Source: Eledone cirrhosa
Lineage: Eukaryota
Assembly: GCA_964016885.1 (NCBI GenBank)
Contig: OZ024742.1
Span: 122,698,001 to 122,762,000 of the forward strand
Reading direction: 5' to 3'
Length of the DNA stretch: 64,000 nucleotides
Position numbers and translations under genes: made by a program. Positions 30,645 to 45,399 of this stretch are shown here, piece by piece (position 1 is the stretch's first letter; each line of letters opens with the position of its first letter). The notes beneath the pieces were generated by a model. It was given only the letters and a program-made list of their open reading frames with translations. It searched no databases and was not told where the DNA came from.

Positions 30645-30926
30645 TAGTAATAATAAATTTGAAGACTAAAATCCAAAGAGGGCTCGATAAGGATAAATAT
30701 ATATCCAATATATAAGAACCGTAGTGCAAATATTTATTAAAATAACAGATTAAATTTTAAGCAAAGAATCGCTGATTTCACCCTTAACGGGATCGTCTGA
30801 AACTAACAAAGTCAATCTGTAAACGCAGAAGTGAATATTTCAAAAAACGTTGCAACCGTAGGAAGACAGGAAGACGATACTTTGGTTCGTGGAAACGTTC
30901 CCTGGCAAAGAACGGGAAAAAATGAA
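30645..30926 (-). mobile_element. Short non-coding repeat family (copies at 60.4 kb and 62.75-63.22 kb) with variant HHR
   Basis: Reverse complement of 62940-63220. Confidence 0.75.
30754..30804 (-). ncRNA. Hammerhead-like motif, A4 variant (mutated copy)
   Basis: agttt-CAGACGA-tcccgttaagggt-GAAA-tcagcgattctttgctt-aaaat. Confidence 0.45.
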
Positions 30927-30962
30927 TATATATATATATACATATATATATATACATATCTA

Positions 30963-31112
<150 letters not shown>

Positions 31113-31240
31113 TATACATATCTATATATATATATATACATATCTATATATATATATATACATATCTATATATATATATATACATATCTATATATATATA
31201 TATACATATCTATATATATATATATACATATCTATATATG

Positions 31241-31318
<78 letters not shown>

Positions 31319-31422
31319 TATACATATATATATATACATACATATATATACATATATATATATATATACATATATATACATATATATATATACATACATA
31401 TATATATACATATATATATATA

Positions 31423-31457
<35 letters not shown>

Positions 31458-31772
31458 TTAAGGGTACTATTTATGGTTATGTATGCAATAAAACCTTAAA
31501 TGGTAATATATTATGCACGGAAGATTGTGTCATACACTGACTACTCTAAGCTTTCCTCTTGCTTTATCTTCATAGACTGCCAGCGCTTCATGTTTATCTT
31601 TATTTTCACTTTTATTTTCACTCTTGTTTTTATTTTATTTTTATCCTGTAACCTTTATATGGAAATTGCCATGCTATATCATTTGATGAATGTCACCCCA
31701 CTGTTGATCAATATGCGCATATGTTTTATATGTCTCTTGGGTTGAAAAGGAGGTCAAGTATGTTATAAATAG

Positions 31773-31821
31773 TTGCTCCGAAGAATCCAAACCTCGGTTT
31801 GGAGGAAACAATTGTAAGCAA
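31773..31821 (+). ncRNA. Type I hammerhead, C4 variant
   Basis: ttgct-CCGAAGA-a-tccaaacc-tc-ggtttgga-g-GAAA-caattg-TA-agcaa. Confidence 0.7.
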
Positions 31822-31855
31822 ATAAATGACTTAAACTGAACTTTGATTACTGTAA

Positions 31856-31999
<144 letters not shown>

Positions 32000-32137
32000 A
32001 GAGTTAAACAAGATTCAATGAATACATCAAAGAATGAGTTTTACAATAGATTGGAAGCACTCTACAGTGAATATTTTCCTGAGTTATTAATATTAATTCA
32101 AAATATTATCAAAATATATATTCTTGTGATCAATTAT

Positions 32138-32202
32138 ATTTTATTATACATATTTCAGAGGTACTGAATTAAGTTCGACAGTACGTCCTCATCAGATAAA
32201 AT
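32138..32202 (-). ncRNA. Type I hammerhead
   Basis: attttat-CTGATGA-ggacgtactg...cagtacctct-GAAA-tatgta-TA-ataaaat. Confidence 0.8.
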
Positions 32203-34796
32203 CTAATGATACATGACTAGGACTTATATATTTATAGTTTATTTCAACTAAATGAAAATAATTGATATAAAACATCAATTCTTTAACAATATTTTTAACT
32301 GCATATATTTTGAGCAATATCTTCAGGAAACTATTTACTATTTTGCAATACTGCATTATTGTAATATAATAATATATTATTTATATTTGAAAGGTATCAC
32401 CTCAACTATGAACAAATAATAAACTTAATCTTGGTATATTATGATCAATAGATATATATAGTTGAACATTCTGACTTCTTTAATTTTGCTTATAAGGCCA
32501 GCTGATACTTTAGGCACCCAAACTATTTAACAATACCTTCTTTAATAATTATAACTATAATTATCTTATAAATTATGTTATAGAAACTGTTGTCAATATT
32601 ATAAGTAATTTTGGTAAAGATTAACTTCGTAGGGATATAAAACATTATATATATATATTTTTTTTTCTCGTGTTTCGTAAATCCTTTAAATTTGTTTTCA
32701 TAAAATTTGAATTTTAGAAATTTAACAAAATTGTATAATAATATTGTTACAAATACCTATTAACTTTTAAAACCTAAAATATGATTCTTTACTCTGAAAT
32801 AACGTAAATTAAATATTTTGAAAATTAACCGCCAACGATATTACATAGAAATCTGTGTGTATAGAAACTTAATCATACATTACTTCCCTTTGTCTCACTC
32901 TCTCTTTAATCATCTTTCATCTGTCTTCTCAAGCCACATATTATATATGTTATCGCATCAGCTGTTTCTTCCTCTATGCTTACTTTTACCTCCTCTTTCT
33001 CTAGTAGTTTTTTTTAAATTAAAAATTATATAACTGTTATATTGATGCCATGTAATTCTTAAAATATATTTCTCGCACCCTCTCTATTGTTTGTATTACC
33101 TTATCTCATGTTCTCAAAATTAGTGTATAGATATTGAGTTTTGTCATAAGTTAATCACTACATTGAACACCAATAGTTAATCTATTTTTTAAAGCTTTAG
33201 ATAGTTCATTCCCTAGTCAACATAAATACCATTCCATATTTAATAGACACACAATTAAACTGCCTTATTCTACAACTATGAATATGGCCCAAAACATCGC
33301 TAAAATAAACAGTATAATTCTAAATCAAAATCAACATAATGATATTAATAATAGTGTTAATATAAATAATAATAAATCATAATGTAATTGTAGAAATAAA
33401 CCAGATTGCCCTCCGCAAAATAATTGTTTGCATAGAAAGCTGGTGTATAAATGCACCGTAAAAACAAATAAAAACACATACAACTACATAGGAGCAACTT
33501 CTTCGACATTTAAATCGAGATTTGCGAATCACAAATGCTCATTCTCAAACATAAATAGGAAGTCTTCGACTTCTTTATCACAGCTTATATGGTCATTAAA
33601 AGACAAAAATGTAAAATACTCGATCTTGTGCACAAAGCTTTGTAATAGTGGAATTTATACCAACTCTTCAATATCAATTAACTGCAAACTCTGTACAAAG
33701 GATACCCTTTTAATAATTAATAATTATGAAAACTTAATTAACAAAAAAAGTTAATTATTCTCAAACTGCCTTCATAAAGCTTTGTCTACATTCCAAGCCT
33801 CGCAAAAAGTCCGGAAAAAACAGTAAACAATCAAGCATGATTTTCGAGGTCTATTATCAACTGTTGAACATATAAGTCATAACGGTTTATAAAACTTTAA
33901 TAATGCTTTATCTTCTAATCATTTATAATAGAATTAATAAATGAAGGACGCTTGTTTGATAACTTGTCTACTTGATAGATATACATACCCTATGATTTTT
34001 TGGATATTTATACAGATCTATATTTTTCTGTCTCTGTTTTAAATATATAGTTTGGATATCTAACTTTTAAATTAAAATGATTATAATTTGAACTGTAGAT
34101 CATTCATGCGTTTGCATATTTTATATATATATATTTTACTCATTTTGAGTATGTTTTTAGAGACTCAGAAAGTTGGATTTGCACTTCGTTTTTTAATGTA
34201 TATCTAGGTATAAATTTAACAAACCATAATAGCTGACAAATATTGGTCTATCTTTCCACTGAACTGGAGGTAAAACTACAATTATAGCATTACTAACAAT
34301 GATTATAATTATTATTTTTATTAAATAATCATATAATCATATCTATATATAGTTGTACAAATATCTTTATCTAGTGTAATAACATAATCGTAGTTACATT
34401 TATAAATAATTTATTACAATAATCAAATAACATTATATATTATTATAAGTATTTGCTTTACCCTGGAATGTCGAACTCATATAATCATTTACTTAATACA
34501 ATATAAAATAATATAATATAATTTAACTTAACTTATTTTGTTTAATCTTATTTTAATTAAATTTAGATTACCTTCAGCTTTTTCAAATATTCAGCGCTTC
34601 TTTATATCACTTCACTAAATTATTTTAGGGGTATCTTTTCTGTACTTTATTAAAACCATATTTCATCTATTTCTAAATATGGGCATCTTTAAATTTCACA
34701 AATAATTCATTTTCTTTTATTTGTATATTTACTTATTTTGTATCTAGCCCCTATCACTAGGAATCATATAGTGTTGACTTAAATCTTTATAGTATA

Positions 34797-35727
34797 CTAG
34801 CAGTAAAGCCCGGCGTTGCTCGGGGTCGCTCAGTAGCTGTGTTAAAGTTACAATGTTAAGTTTCTTTCTTGGCTTAAAAACTGTAGTGTCTACTGTGCAG
34901 ACTTGCATGTGGTGTTTTTGATTAATATTCCCTCAACCAACAATATGCCTTATGAAGTTAAGAAAACATAACGATAACCCGAATGTTATAACAAAAGAGG
35001 ATGCTGGGGATAGAAACTGCACTGGTTATTTATTAACAAAGATCGAAAATGTAAACACTGAAACGCAGAGAAAAACATTAGCGTAACCAAATTATCAGTT
35101 ATGTCTGTCTGCACGCCTATATCACCTCTCTGCACGACTGTCTGTCTGCACGCCCATATCACCTCTCTGCACGACTGTCTGTCTGCACGCCTATATCACC
35201 TCTCTGCACGACTGTCTGTCTGCACGCCTATATCACCTCTCTGCACGACTGTCTGTCTGCACGCCTAACGACGAAATATTTGCTTGTTTTACGTAGTCTT
35301 TAAATAGACTTGTTTTCAAGTAAAAATATTGTTTAAAAATGCTTTTAAATGGAAATGAAGCAAAACGGAAGCTTAGTGTTCGAACTGATGAATTTTGCAG
35401 GTCAATATTTTGCTGGCTCGACAACTGTTCGTGTATTGTGTTAATGTCATTTTAAACGCTGAGAAAGCCAGCGTAATTTTTTACGTAAGACGCTCAATGT
35501 AAACAGAACAAAGGGAAATAACTGATAACTTACGCTCAAAAATCGATACATTATATTCGATTTCGTCACATAGGGTGGGTCAATTTGAAATATTTTTTTT
35601 CCGATGTCTTCGCTAGGGCTCAATGTACAAGTATAGCAATTTCGGTGCAATTCCGTGAGAGATTCTAAGAGGAGATGTGTGCCAAAATCGATAGACAGAC
35701 AGACAAGCACAGTTTTATATATATAGA
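34797..35727 (-). mobile_element. Non-autonomous Helitron
   Basis: Minus strand: A|TCTATATATATATAAAA, (TGTC)n, 3' hairpin CCCGAGCAACGCCGGG, then CTAG|T. The empty site is visible in the paralogous UTR near 32240. Confidence 0.85.
35102..35267. repeat. 37-bp minisatellite, about 4.5 copies, inside the Helitron
   Basis: Unit TGTCTGTCTGCACGCCTATATCACCTCTCTGCACGAC, head-to-tail with no spacers. Confidence 0.95.
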
Positions 35728-36692
35728 TATCAACTAAATGAAAATAATTGATATAAAACACTAATTCTTTAACAGTATTTTTAACTGTATATACTGTGAG
35801 CAATATCTTCAGGAAATTATTTATTATATTGCAATACTGCATTATTGTAATATAATAATATATTATTTATATTTGAAAGGTATCACCTCAACTATGAACA
35901 AATAATAAACTATAATCTTGGTATATTATGATCAATACATATATATAGTTGAAAATTCTGACCTCTTTAAGTTTACTTATTGGGCCGGCTGATACTTTAG
36001 GCACTCAAACAAGTTAACAAAAAATTCTTTAATAATTATAACTATAATTATCTTATAAATTATATTATAGAAACTGTTGTCAATATTATAAGTAATTTTG
36101 GAAAGAATTACCTTCCTGGGGATATAAAAGATTATATATATATATTTTCTTTCTCGTGTTTCGTAAATCCTTTAAATTTGTTTTAATAAAATTTGAATTT
36201 TAAACATTTTACAAAATTGTATTATAATATTGATACAAATACCTATTAACTTTTAAAACCTAAAATATGATTCTTTACCCGGAAATAACATAAATTAAAT
36301 ATTTTGTAAATTAACCGCCAACTATATTACATAGAAATCTGTATGTATAGAAACGTAAACATAAATTATTGTCTCTCTCTATCTTTAATCATCTTTAATC
36401 TGTCTTCTCAAGCCACATACTAAATATGTTATCGCATCAGCTGTTTCTTCTTCTATGCTTTCTTTTCCCTCCTCTTTCTCTAGTAGTTTTTTTTTAAATT
36501 AAACATTTTAGAACGGTTATATTGATGCCATGTAATTCTTAAAATATACTACTCGGACCCTCTCTATTGTTTGTATTACGTTATCTCATGTTCTCAATAT
36601 TAGTGTATAAATATTGAGTTTGGTCATAAGTTAATCACTACATTGATTAAATCTTAACCATCTACCATGTCAGGGTATGTCATGTATCATTT

Positions 36693-36759
36693 TATTTTAT
36701 CTGATGAGGATGTACTGTTGAACTTAATTCAGTACCTCTGAAATATGTATAATAAAATA
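36693..36759 (+). ncRNA. Type I hammerhead
   Basis: tattttat-CTGATGA-ggatgtactg...cagtacctct-GAAA-tatgta-TA-ataaaata. Confidence 0.82.
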
Positions 36760-36802
36760 TAATTGATCACAAGATTATCTATTTTGTTAATATTTTGAAT
36801 TA

Positions 36803-36925
<123 letters not shown>

Positions 36926-37100
36926 TGGTGGCTGCCAACTCGTTTTCGAGTACGGCCACTACTTTATATCCATGTAGGAGAACCCCTACCGATGCGCTGA
37001 ACGAGTGTGACTTTTTAGTCCAGCCAGCGACTTGAAAAAATATACATATATACATATATATACATACATATATATACGTACAAATACATACATATATATT

Positions 37101-37156
<56 letters not shown>

Positions 37157-37223
37157 CATACATATTTATACATACATATATAAACACATATATATACATA
37201 TATATACATACATATATATATAC

Positions 37224-37260
<37 letters not shown>

Positions 37261-37564
37261 CATATATATACATATATATATACATATATATACATATATA
37301 TATATATGTGTTTGTATTTGTCTATATATGGGCATGTAAGCTTACGCATAGATAAATGTCCCAATCTTTTTTCTCTCTCTCACTCGCTCTCTCTCTCTCT
37401 CTCTCTACCTTACTCTCAGAACTCTCGATTTCCTGAAGAAAGACATACATTCGAAGCGCCGAACACACCTCTAATTCCTACTAAGCGTGATTGTAATAAT
37501 ACTTTGATTTCGCATCCCCGAGTTCGTATTGTCAAATCTTTAACTATATATATATATATATATA

Positions 37565-38508
37565 TATGTAGATAAATCTACCAAAAGTTTACGGTAGTGT
37601 CCAATCCGTATGAAGAACTCAATGTAATCCGGATATCATGGAAAGAAGAGATGCATTCAAAAATCACTTTCGGTGAAAGATAAACGGAATACAGAGTCAA
37701 GATAAAATATTTAAAAAATAATGAATAAAACAATGAAACAGTTCCTTATATTAAACAAAAAAAGTTCATTATTTAACGATCGTTTCTAGGACATATATGT
37801 GTTAGAATTGGCATGCATATTCAAAAGATCTATGTACAAAATTATACAAAATTATACAAACTATCAAATAGAATATACGTACCAACACATACATATGCCG
37901 TCTTCAGAAATAATGAAGTATATTTATTGATAATAACAACAATTCAAAATTACAGGTCTGTTTGGGAACAGATTTTAAATAGACCAATGAAATACATAAA
38001 AATACATCAAGAAAATACAGTTAGGTGTGTGTATATATGCAAATAACTTCGTTCACAGATATGCATAAAAATGTATGTTCACATGCATACGCATGTCGAA
38101 AAAGTGTATGTAAATACACAAATTCAGGGCTAATGTCTCTGTATGTTTATAATCCACAGACAAAATACACATATGTGTACATAGATATATACACTCATAT
38201 ATACACACATATACATACATTCATACACACACACGCATATACACATAAACATACACATACCCACGAACACACACACACACATACGTATATATTATTATTA
38301 TAACTATATGGATATTGAGGGGCACACATAAACACGGCCACATACACTTACATCTAGATGCAGAACTAAAAATAGGTAAGGGAGTAAGTAAATTACAGAG
38401 GGTGTCAGACTCAGCATATTTATAAAAATGTATCTATAAATTTAGAAATAAAAAGAAATATATTAAAAAAATAAACAAGTAAAAGATATACTCATACATA
38501 TAAATACA

Positions 38509-38604
<96 letters not shown>

Positions 38605-38764
38605 TATACATATATACATATATATATATACATACATATACACACACACACATATATATACACACATACTCACAACAAACATATATACATATATGTACAC
38701 ACACACATACATACATATACATATATATATACATACATATACATATATACATATATACACAGAC

Positions 38765-38795
<31 letters not shown>

Positions 38796-40895
38796 TACAC
38801 ACACACACACATACATATACGTATATATACATACACACATATATCTACACACACATATATATATATATATATATAAAAAATAAATAAATACACACAGTCA
38901 GACAATTATGCACATATATACACATACATACACACATCTCTACAAATACATATACATACACATACATACATACACATATATATACATGTATATATGTATA
39001 CATATATATATATACACTCATACACACTTATTTACATGTGCACATATGTATTTTTATACTCACATACAAACACACAAACATACATACATACTTACATACA
39101 CATACATACATCCACACTTACAAATACGCATAATTATAGGGGGGGGGGATTAACATTATTAGTGGGAAATAGTAAATATAGGTTTCAAGGAGCATAGAAT
39201 ATTAATCTGCATTTAAATCATAATATGTGTTTACATAGTAGTGTCAGAAAGAAGGCAAAATTATGCATTTTAATATAAGTAGACTATTAATTATAGGTTA
39301 ATTAAAGTAAAAATAGTTAATATATTAATTTCTAAGGTGTATACTACTTAGGTTTATAATATTTAAAGCGGAATTTTTGAAGTTAAACAGTAGTAGAGTA
39401 TTAATTATAGCATAACTAAATTAAAAATATTAACATGATGGTATCAATTTTAGGAAATGAATTTAGTAATAGGGAAAGCCAAATCAAGTATTTCATCGGT
39501 AGTAGAATATTAATTATAGGTTAACTAAATTAAAAATTATATATTAATTTCTATAGTATATGTTAATTAGGTTTATAATAATTAAAGCAAATTTTGTATT
39601 TTATCTATAGTAGAATATAATTATAGGTTAACTAAAATTAAAATTAATCTCTATATTTATTTGTAAAGAATATATTAATTAGGTATATATTTAAAAGTTT
39701 TTCTCAGTTTATGATTACATGATATTCTGCAATCCATCTATATTAGAATTTTAATTTTAAGCTAACTAAATTAAAATTATAGGTTAACTAAATTAAAATT
39801 AATTTATAAATTAATTTCTAAATTGTACATTAATTAGGTTTATAATATTAAAAAGTATTTCTCTGTTATTGATTACACGATATTTTGTTATATTTCATCT
39901 GTAAAGGAATTTTAATAAAAGGTTAAATAAACTAAAATTAATCTATAAATTAATTTCCAAAGTATATCAATATATACTTTGGAAATTAATTATGTTAATA
40001 ATATTTAAAAGTTTTTCACAATTTATGATTACACAATATTTTTTAAAATTCATCTGTAGTAGAATTTTAATTAAATTAAAATTATAGGTTAACTACATTT
40101 AAATTAAATTATATATTAATTTCTAAAATATATATTATTAATTAGGTTTATAATATTTAAATGTTTTTCTCAGTTTATGATTACACGGTATAATTAATTC
40201 CTGTCGCTTATTTAATAGGATATCCTTAGATTTCATTATTTCAAATAGTTCTTGGGAACACAATCTACATTCATTTCTATTATTTTGATAAGGGGTGGCT
40301 CTTTTGAGCACACTCCAGGTCATATCATATTCTATATTCTTATTTCTATAACTATTAATTTTTTCTGCTAGAGATGTTGTATTAGCCAGTGCGGCATTTT
40401 TAAAACTATGTTTGTGGGTATTAAACCTTACCTTAAAATTGTTAGAAGTAGCTCCTATATATGAGCAAACAGAATCTTTAGTTTTAACTTTACATTTATA
40501 AACTATGTTGTTAACAAGACAATTTCCTTTTAATGGGCAGTTTGCTTTGTTTCTACAGTTACAACCTTTCGTTAATTCTGTATTTGAGGAGATATTATGG
40601 TTAGTTTGATGTATTGGTGGTATACTTATGTTTTTTTTTACATTTATATGCATTATAAGCACTTATATTTTGTTTTATGTTTTTGGTTGTTGAGTATGAG
40701 AATTTAACTGTTGATCTATTTAAGATTTGATGGTATTTGTGGTTTGGCGGGAAGTTTTTCTCTAGGATATTAAAAAATTTTTTAGCAATATTATCCTTAA
40801 TTTGTAAATTAAATGGAGCATTATACCAAGTAACTCGTCTATTACGGTTTCTATGTTGTTTATTGTTTTTATAGGATGCATCGTGATGTTTACTA
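37565..40895 (-). mobile_element. Hydra-clade-like PLE, inverted arm (GIY-YIG + 3' UTR)
   Basis: ORF 40138..40662 (CNCRNKANCPLKGNC, YIGATSNNFKVRFNTH); reverse complement of 41910-45229. Confidence 0.92.
37765..37917 (-). ncRNA. Type I hammerhead with about 114-nt stem II
   Basis: Reverse complement of 45014-45166. Confidence 0.8.
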
Positions 40896-43775
40896 AAACA
40901 CTTCCCAGGTAATTAACTGGTTTAAAAATATTAGATGTAAATCTTCTGCTTCATTTCTACAATTTGATACAGATAATTACTATACTTCTATATCACCTAT
41001 ACTCCTGAACAAAGCTTTGATATTTGCTAAAAATAGATCCAACTTAACTTTGGATGACATTAATATTATTACACATGCTAGACTAACACTTATTGAATTT
41101 CAGAATGAATACTGGACCAGAAACACATATAGTAATCTATTTGATATTACTATGGGTTCAAGCGATTCTGCCCAAATTACTGATCTTGTGGGCCTCTTTC
41201 TTCTTTTTAACATAAATGCTTCCTTTCCCCACCTTAAAGGTGATTTATATCGTGATGACTGTCTTCTTCTTTCCAACAACCTTAGCCTCTCAGAAATAGA
41301 AAAAAACAAAAAGCTTATTAGAACTTTCCTTAAAGACTATTATAGTCTTCATATTACTTTTGAAAACACAAGTAAAGTAGTTAATTTCCTAGATATAACT
41401 TTAGACTTAGATACGGGTATCTACCAACCTTACCATAAACCCAACCAAAACTTACACTACATACACTCACAATCTAATCACCCTAAATCTATCCTTAAAA
41501 ACCTTGCATATAATATATCACTTAGAATTTCTAACCTTTCGTCTAACCAAGATGTATTTGATAAAAATGCGACCTTCTATAACGAAGCTCTAGCTAGAAG
41601 TGGCCACAAAAATAGATTGGAATATATACCTTCTACTAATAACACTATAAACATACAACCTAATATTACCAACAAACACCAAATGAAAAGTACACACCTA
41701 AATGCCACTCACACTATACCCCAAAATACCAACATAAAACCAATTTTCTCTAACTCCTCTAATATAAAGTATAGTAACTCTCAACAAACTACTCATCATA
41801 CAACTCTAATAAATGTTAATAATAAAACTCCTAATAAACAAGATAAAACACCTAAATCAATAAATCTAACTAAAAATGTGCGTGGTGAGGTCATTAACAT
41901 TAATCCTCCTAGTAAACATCACGATGCATCCTATAAAAACAATAAACAACATAGAAACCGTAATAGACGAGTTACTTGGTATAATGCTCCATTTAATTTA
42001 CAAATTAAGGATAATATTGCTAAAAAAATTTTTAATATCCTAGAGAAAAACTTCCCGCCAAACCACAAATACCATCGAAATCTTAAATAGATCAACAGTT
42101 AAATTCTCATACTCAACAACCAAAAACGTAAAACAAAATATAAGTGCCTATAATGCATATAAATGTAAAAAACCCATAAGTATACCACCAATACATCAAA
42201 CTAACCATAATATCTCCTCAAATACAGAATTAACGAAAGGTTGTAACTGTAGAAACAAAGCAAACTGCCCATTAAAAGGAAATTGTCTTGTTAACAACAT
42301 AGTTTATAAATGTATAGTTAAAACTAAAGATTCTATTTGCTCATATATAGGAGCTACTTCTAACAATTTTAAGGTAAGGTTTGATACCCACAAACATAGT
42401 TTTAAAAATGCCGCACTGGCTAATACAACATCTCTAGCAGAAAAAATTAATTGTTATAGAAATAAGAATATAGAATATGATATGACCTGGAGTGTGCTCA
42501 AAAGAGCCACCCCTTATCAAAATAATAGAAATGAATGTAGATTGTGTTCCCAAGAACTATTTGAAATAATGAAATCTAGGGATATCCTATTAAATAAGCG
42601 ACAGGAATTAATTATATCGTGTAATCATAAACTGAGAAAAACATTTAAATATTATAAACCTAATTAATAATATATATTTTAGAAATTAATATATAATTTA
42701 ATTTAAATGTAGTTAACCTATAATTTTAATTTAATTAAAATTCTACTACAGATGAATTTTAAAAAATATTGTGTAATCATAAATTGTGAAAAACTTTTAA
42801 ATATTATTAACATAATTAATATATACTTTGGAAATTAATTTATAGATTAATTTTAGTTTATTTAACCTTTTATTAAAATTCCTTTACAGATGAAATATAA
42901 CAAAATATCGTGTAATCAATAACAGAGAAATACTTTTTAATATTATAAACCTAATTAATGTACAATTTAGAAATTAATTTATAAATTAATTTTAATTTAG
43001 TTAACCTATAATTTTAATTTAGTTAGCTTAAAATTAAAATTCTAATACAGATGGATTGCAGAATATCATGTAATCATAAACTGAGAAAAACTTTTAAATA
43101 TATACCTAATTAATATATTCTTTACAAATAAATATATAGATTAATTTTAATTTTAGTTAACCTATAATTATATTCTACTATAGATAAAATACAAAATTTG
43201 CTTTAATTATTATAAACCTAATTAACATATACTATAGAAATTAATATATAATTTTTAATTTAGTTAACCTATAATTAATATTCTACTACCGATGAAATAC
43301 TTGATTTGGCTTTCCCTATTACTAAATTCATTTCCTAAAATTGATACCATCATGTTAATATTTTTAATTTAGTTATGCTATAATTAATACTCTACTACTG
43401 TTTAACTTCAAAATTCCGCTTTAAATATTATAAACCTAAGTAGTATACACCTTAGAAATTAATATATTAACTATTTTTATTTTAATTAACCTATAATTAA
43501 TAATCTACTTATATTAAAATGCATAATTTTGCCTTCTTTCTGACACTACTATGTAAACACATATTATGATTTAAATGCAGATTAATATTCTATGCTCCTT
43601 GAAACCTATATTTACTATTTCCCACTAATAATTTTACCCCCCCCCCCCCCTATAAATTATTCGTATTTGTAAGTGTGGATGTATGTATGTATATGTAAGT
43701 ATGTATGTATGTTTGTGTGTTTGTATGTGAGTATAAAAATACATATGTGCACATGTAAATAAGTGTGTATGAGTG

Positions 43776-43806
<31 letters not shown>

Positions 43807-43912
43807 GTATATATATGTGTATGTATGTATGTGTATGTATATGTATTTGTAGAGATGTGTGTATGTATGTGTATATATGTGCATAATTGTCTGACTGTGT
43901 GTATTTATTTAT

Positions 43913-43986
<74 letters not shown>

Positions 43987-44208
43987 ATATATATGTGTGT
44001 ATATATATTTATATGTATGTATATATGTATATGTATATATGTGTGTATGTATGTCTCTATATTTATGTATGTCTGAGTTGTGTGTGAGTTTGTGGTTGTG
44101 TGTGTATATATACATGGGTATGTGTGTGTATGTATATATACGTATATGTATGTGTGTGTGTATATATATGTGTGTGTATATATATATATATATATGTGTG
44201 TATATATG

Positions 44209-44241
<33 letters not shown>

Positions 44242-44359
44242 GTATATGTATGTATGTGTGTGTGTGTGAGTACATATATGTATATATGTGTGTTGTGAGT
44301 ATGTGTGTATATATATGTGTCTGTGTGTGTGTGTGTATATGTATGTATATATATATATG

Positions 44360-44392
<33 letters not shown>

Positions 44393-45220
44393 ATCGGTGT
44401 GTATTTATATGTATGAGTATATCTTTTACTTGTTTATTTCTTTTAATATATTTCTTTTTATTTCTAAATTTATAGATACATTTTTATAAATATGCTGAGT
44501 CTGACACCCTCTGTAATTTACTTACTCCCTTACCTATTTTTAGTTCTGCATCTAGATGTAAGTGTATGTGGCCGTGTTTATGTGTGCGCCTCAATATCCA
44601 TATAGTTATAATAATAATATATACGTATATGTGTGTGTGTGTGTCTATGTGTGTGTGTGTGTGTTCGTGGGTATGTGTATGTTTATGTGTATATGCGTGT
44701 GTGTGTATGAATGTATGTATATGTGTGTATATATGAGTGTATATATCTATGTATACATATGTGTATTTTGTCTGTGGATTATAAACATACAGAGACATTA
44801 GCCCTGAATTTTTGTATTTACATACACTTTTTCGACATGCGTATGCATGTGAACATACATTTTTATGCATATCTGTGAACGAAGTTACTTGCATATATAC
44901 ACACACCTAACTGTATTTTCTTGATGTATTTTTATGTATTTCATTGGTCTATTTAAAATCTGTTCCCAAACAGACCTGTAATTTTGAATTGTTGTTATTA
45001 TCAATAAATATACTTCATTATTTCTGAAGACGGCATATGTATGTGTTGGTACGTATATTCTATTTGATAGTTTGTATAATTTTGTATAATTTTGTACATA
45101 GATCTTTTGAATATGCATGCCAATTCTAACACATATATGTCCTAGAAACGATCGTTAAATAATGAACTTTTTTTGTTTAATATAAGGAACTGTTTCATTG
45201 TTTTATTCATTATTTTTTAA

Positions 45221-45229
<9 letters not shown>
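40896..45229 (+). mobile_element. Hydra-clade-like PLE (RT + GIY-YIG + about 2.6-kb 3' UTR)
   Basis: ORF 41017..42090 (FDITMGSSDSAQITDLVG, LYRDD, NFLDITLDL, SNHP); GIY-YIG runs to 42667. Confidence 0.93.
45014..45166 (+). ncRNA. Type I hammerhead with about 114-nt stem II
   Basis: ttcattattt-CTGAAGA-cggcatatgtatgtgttgg...ctaacacatatatgtccta-GAAA-cgatcg-TT-aaataatgaa. Confidence 0.82.
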
Positions 45230-45264
<35 letters not shown>

Positions 45265-45280
45265 TATAGATATATATATA

Positions 45281-45383
45281 CTAGCAGATTTACCCGGCGT
45301 TGTTAGGGGTTTGAAATTATGCTAAGGATATACAAAGTTGTCCACACACACACACACATCCTCGCTTTTATATATATAGAAGA
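45281..45383 (-). mobile_element. About 100-bp mini-Helitron
   Basis: Minus strand: TCTTCTATATATATAAAA ... CCCCTAACAACGCCGGG ... CTAG|T. Confidence 0.65.
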
Positions 45384-45399
45384 TATATACATATATATA

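Noticed and set aside
35102-35267. 37-bp repeats of CRISPR-like length
   Set aside because: Head-to-tail with no spacers, no cas genes, eukaryotic Helitron context.
37420-37460. CTGAAGA...GAAG possible hammerhead
   Set aside because: No GAAA and no convincing stems I-III.
37700-45229. Large inverted repeats as assembly or chimeric-read artefacts
   Set aside because: The arms differ by substitutions, indels and microsatellite lengths and match known PLE insertion architecture; long-read confirmation is still advisable.
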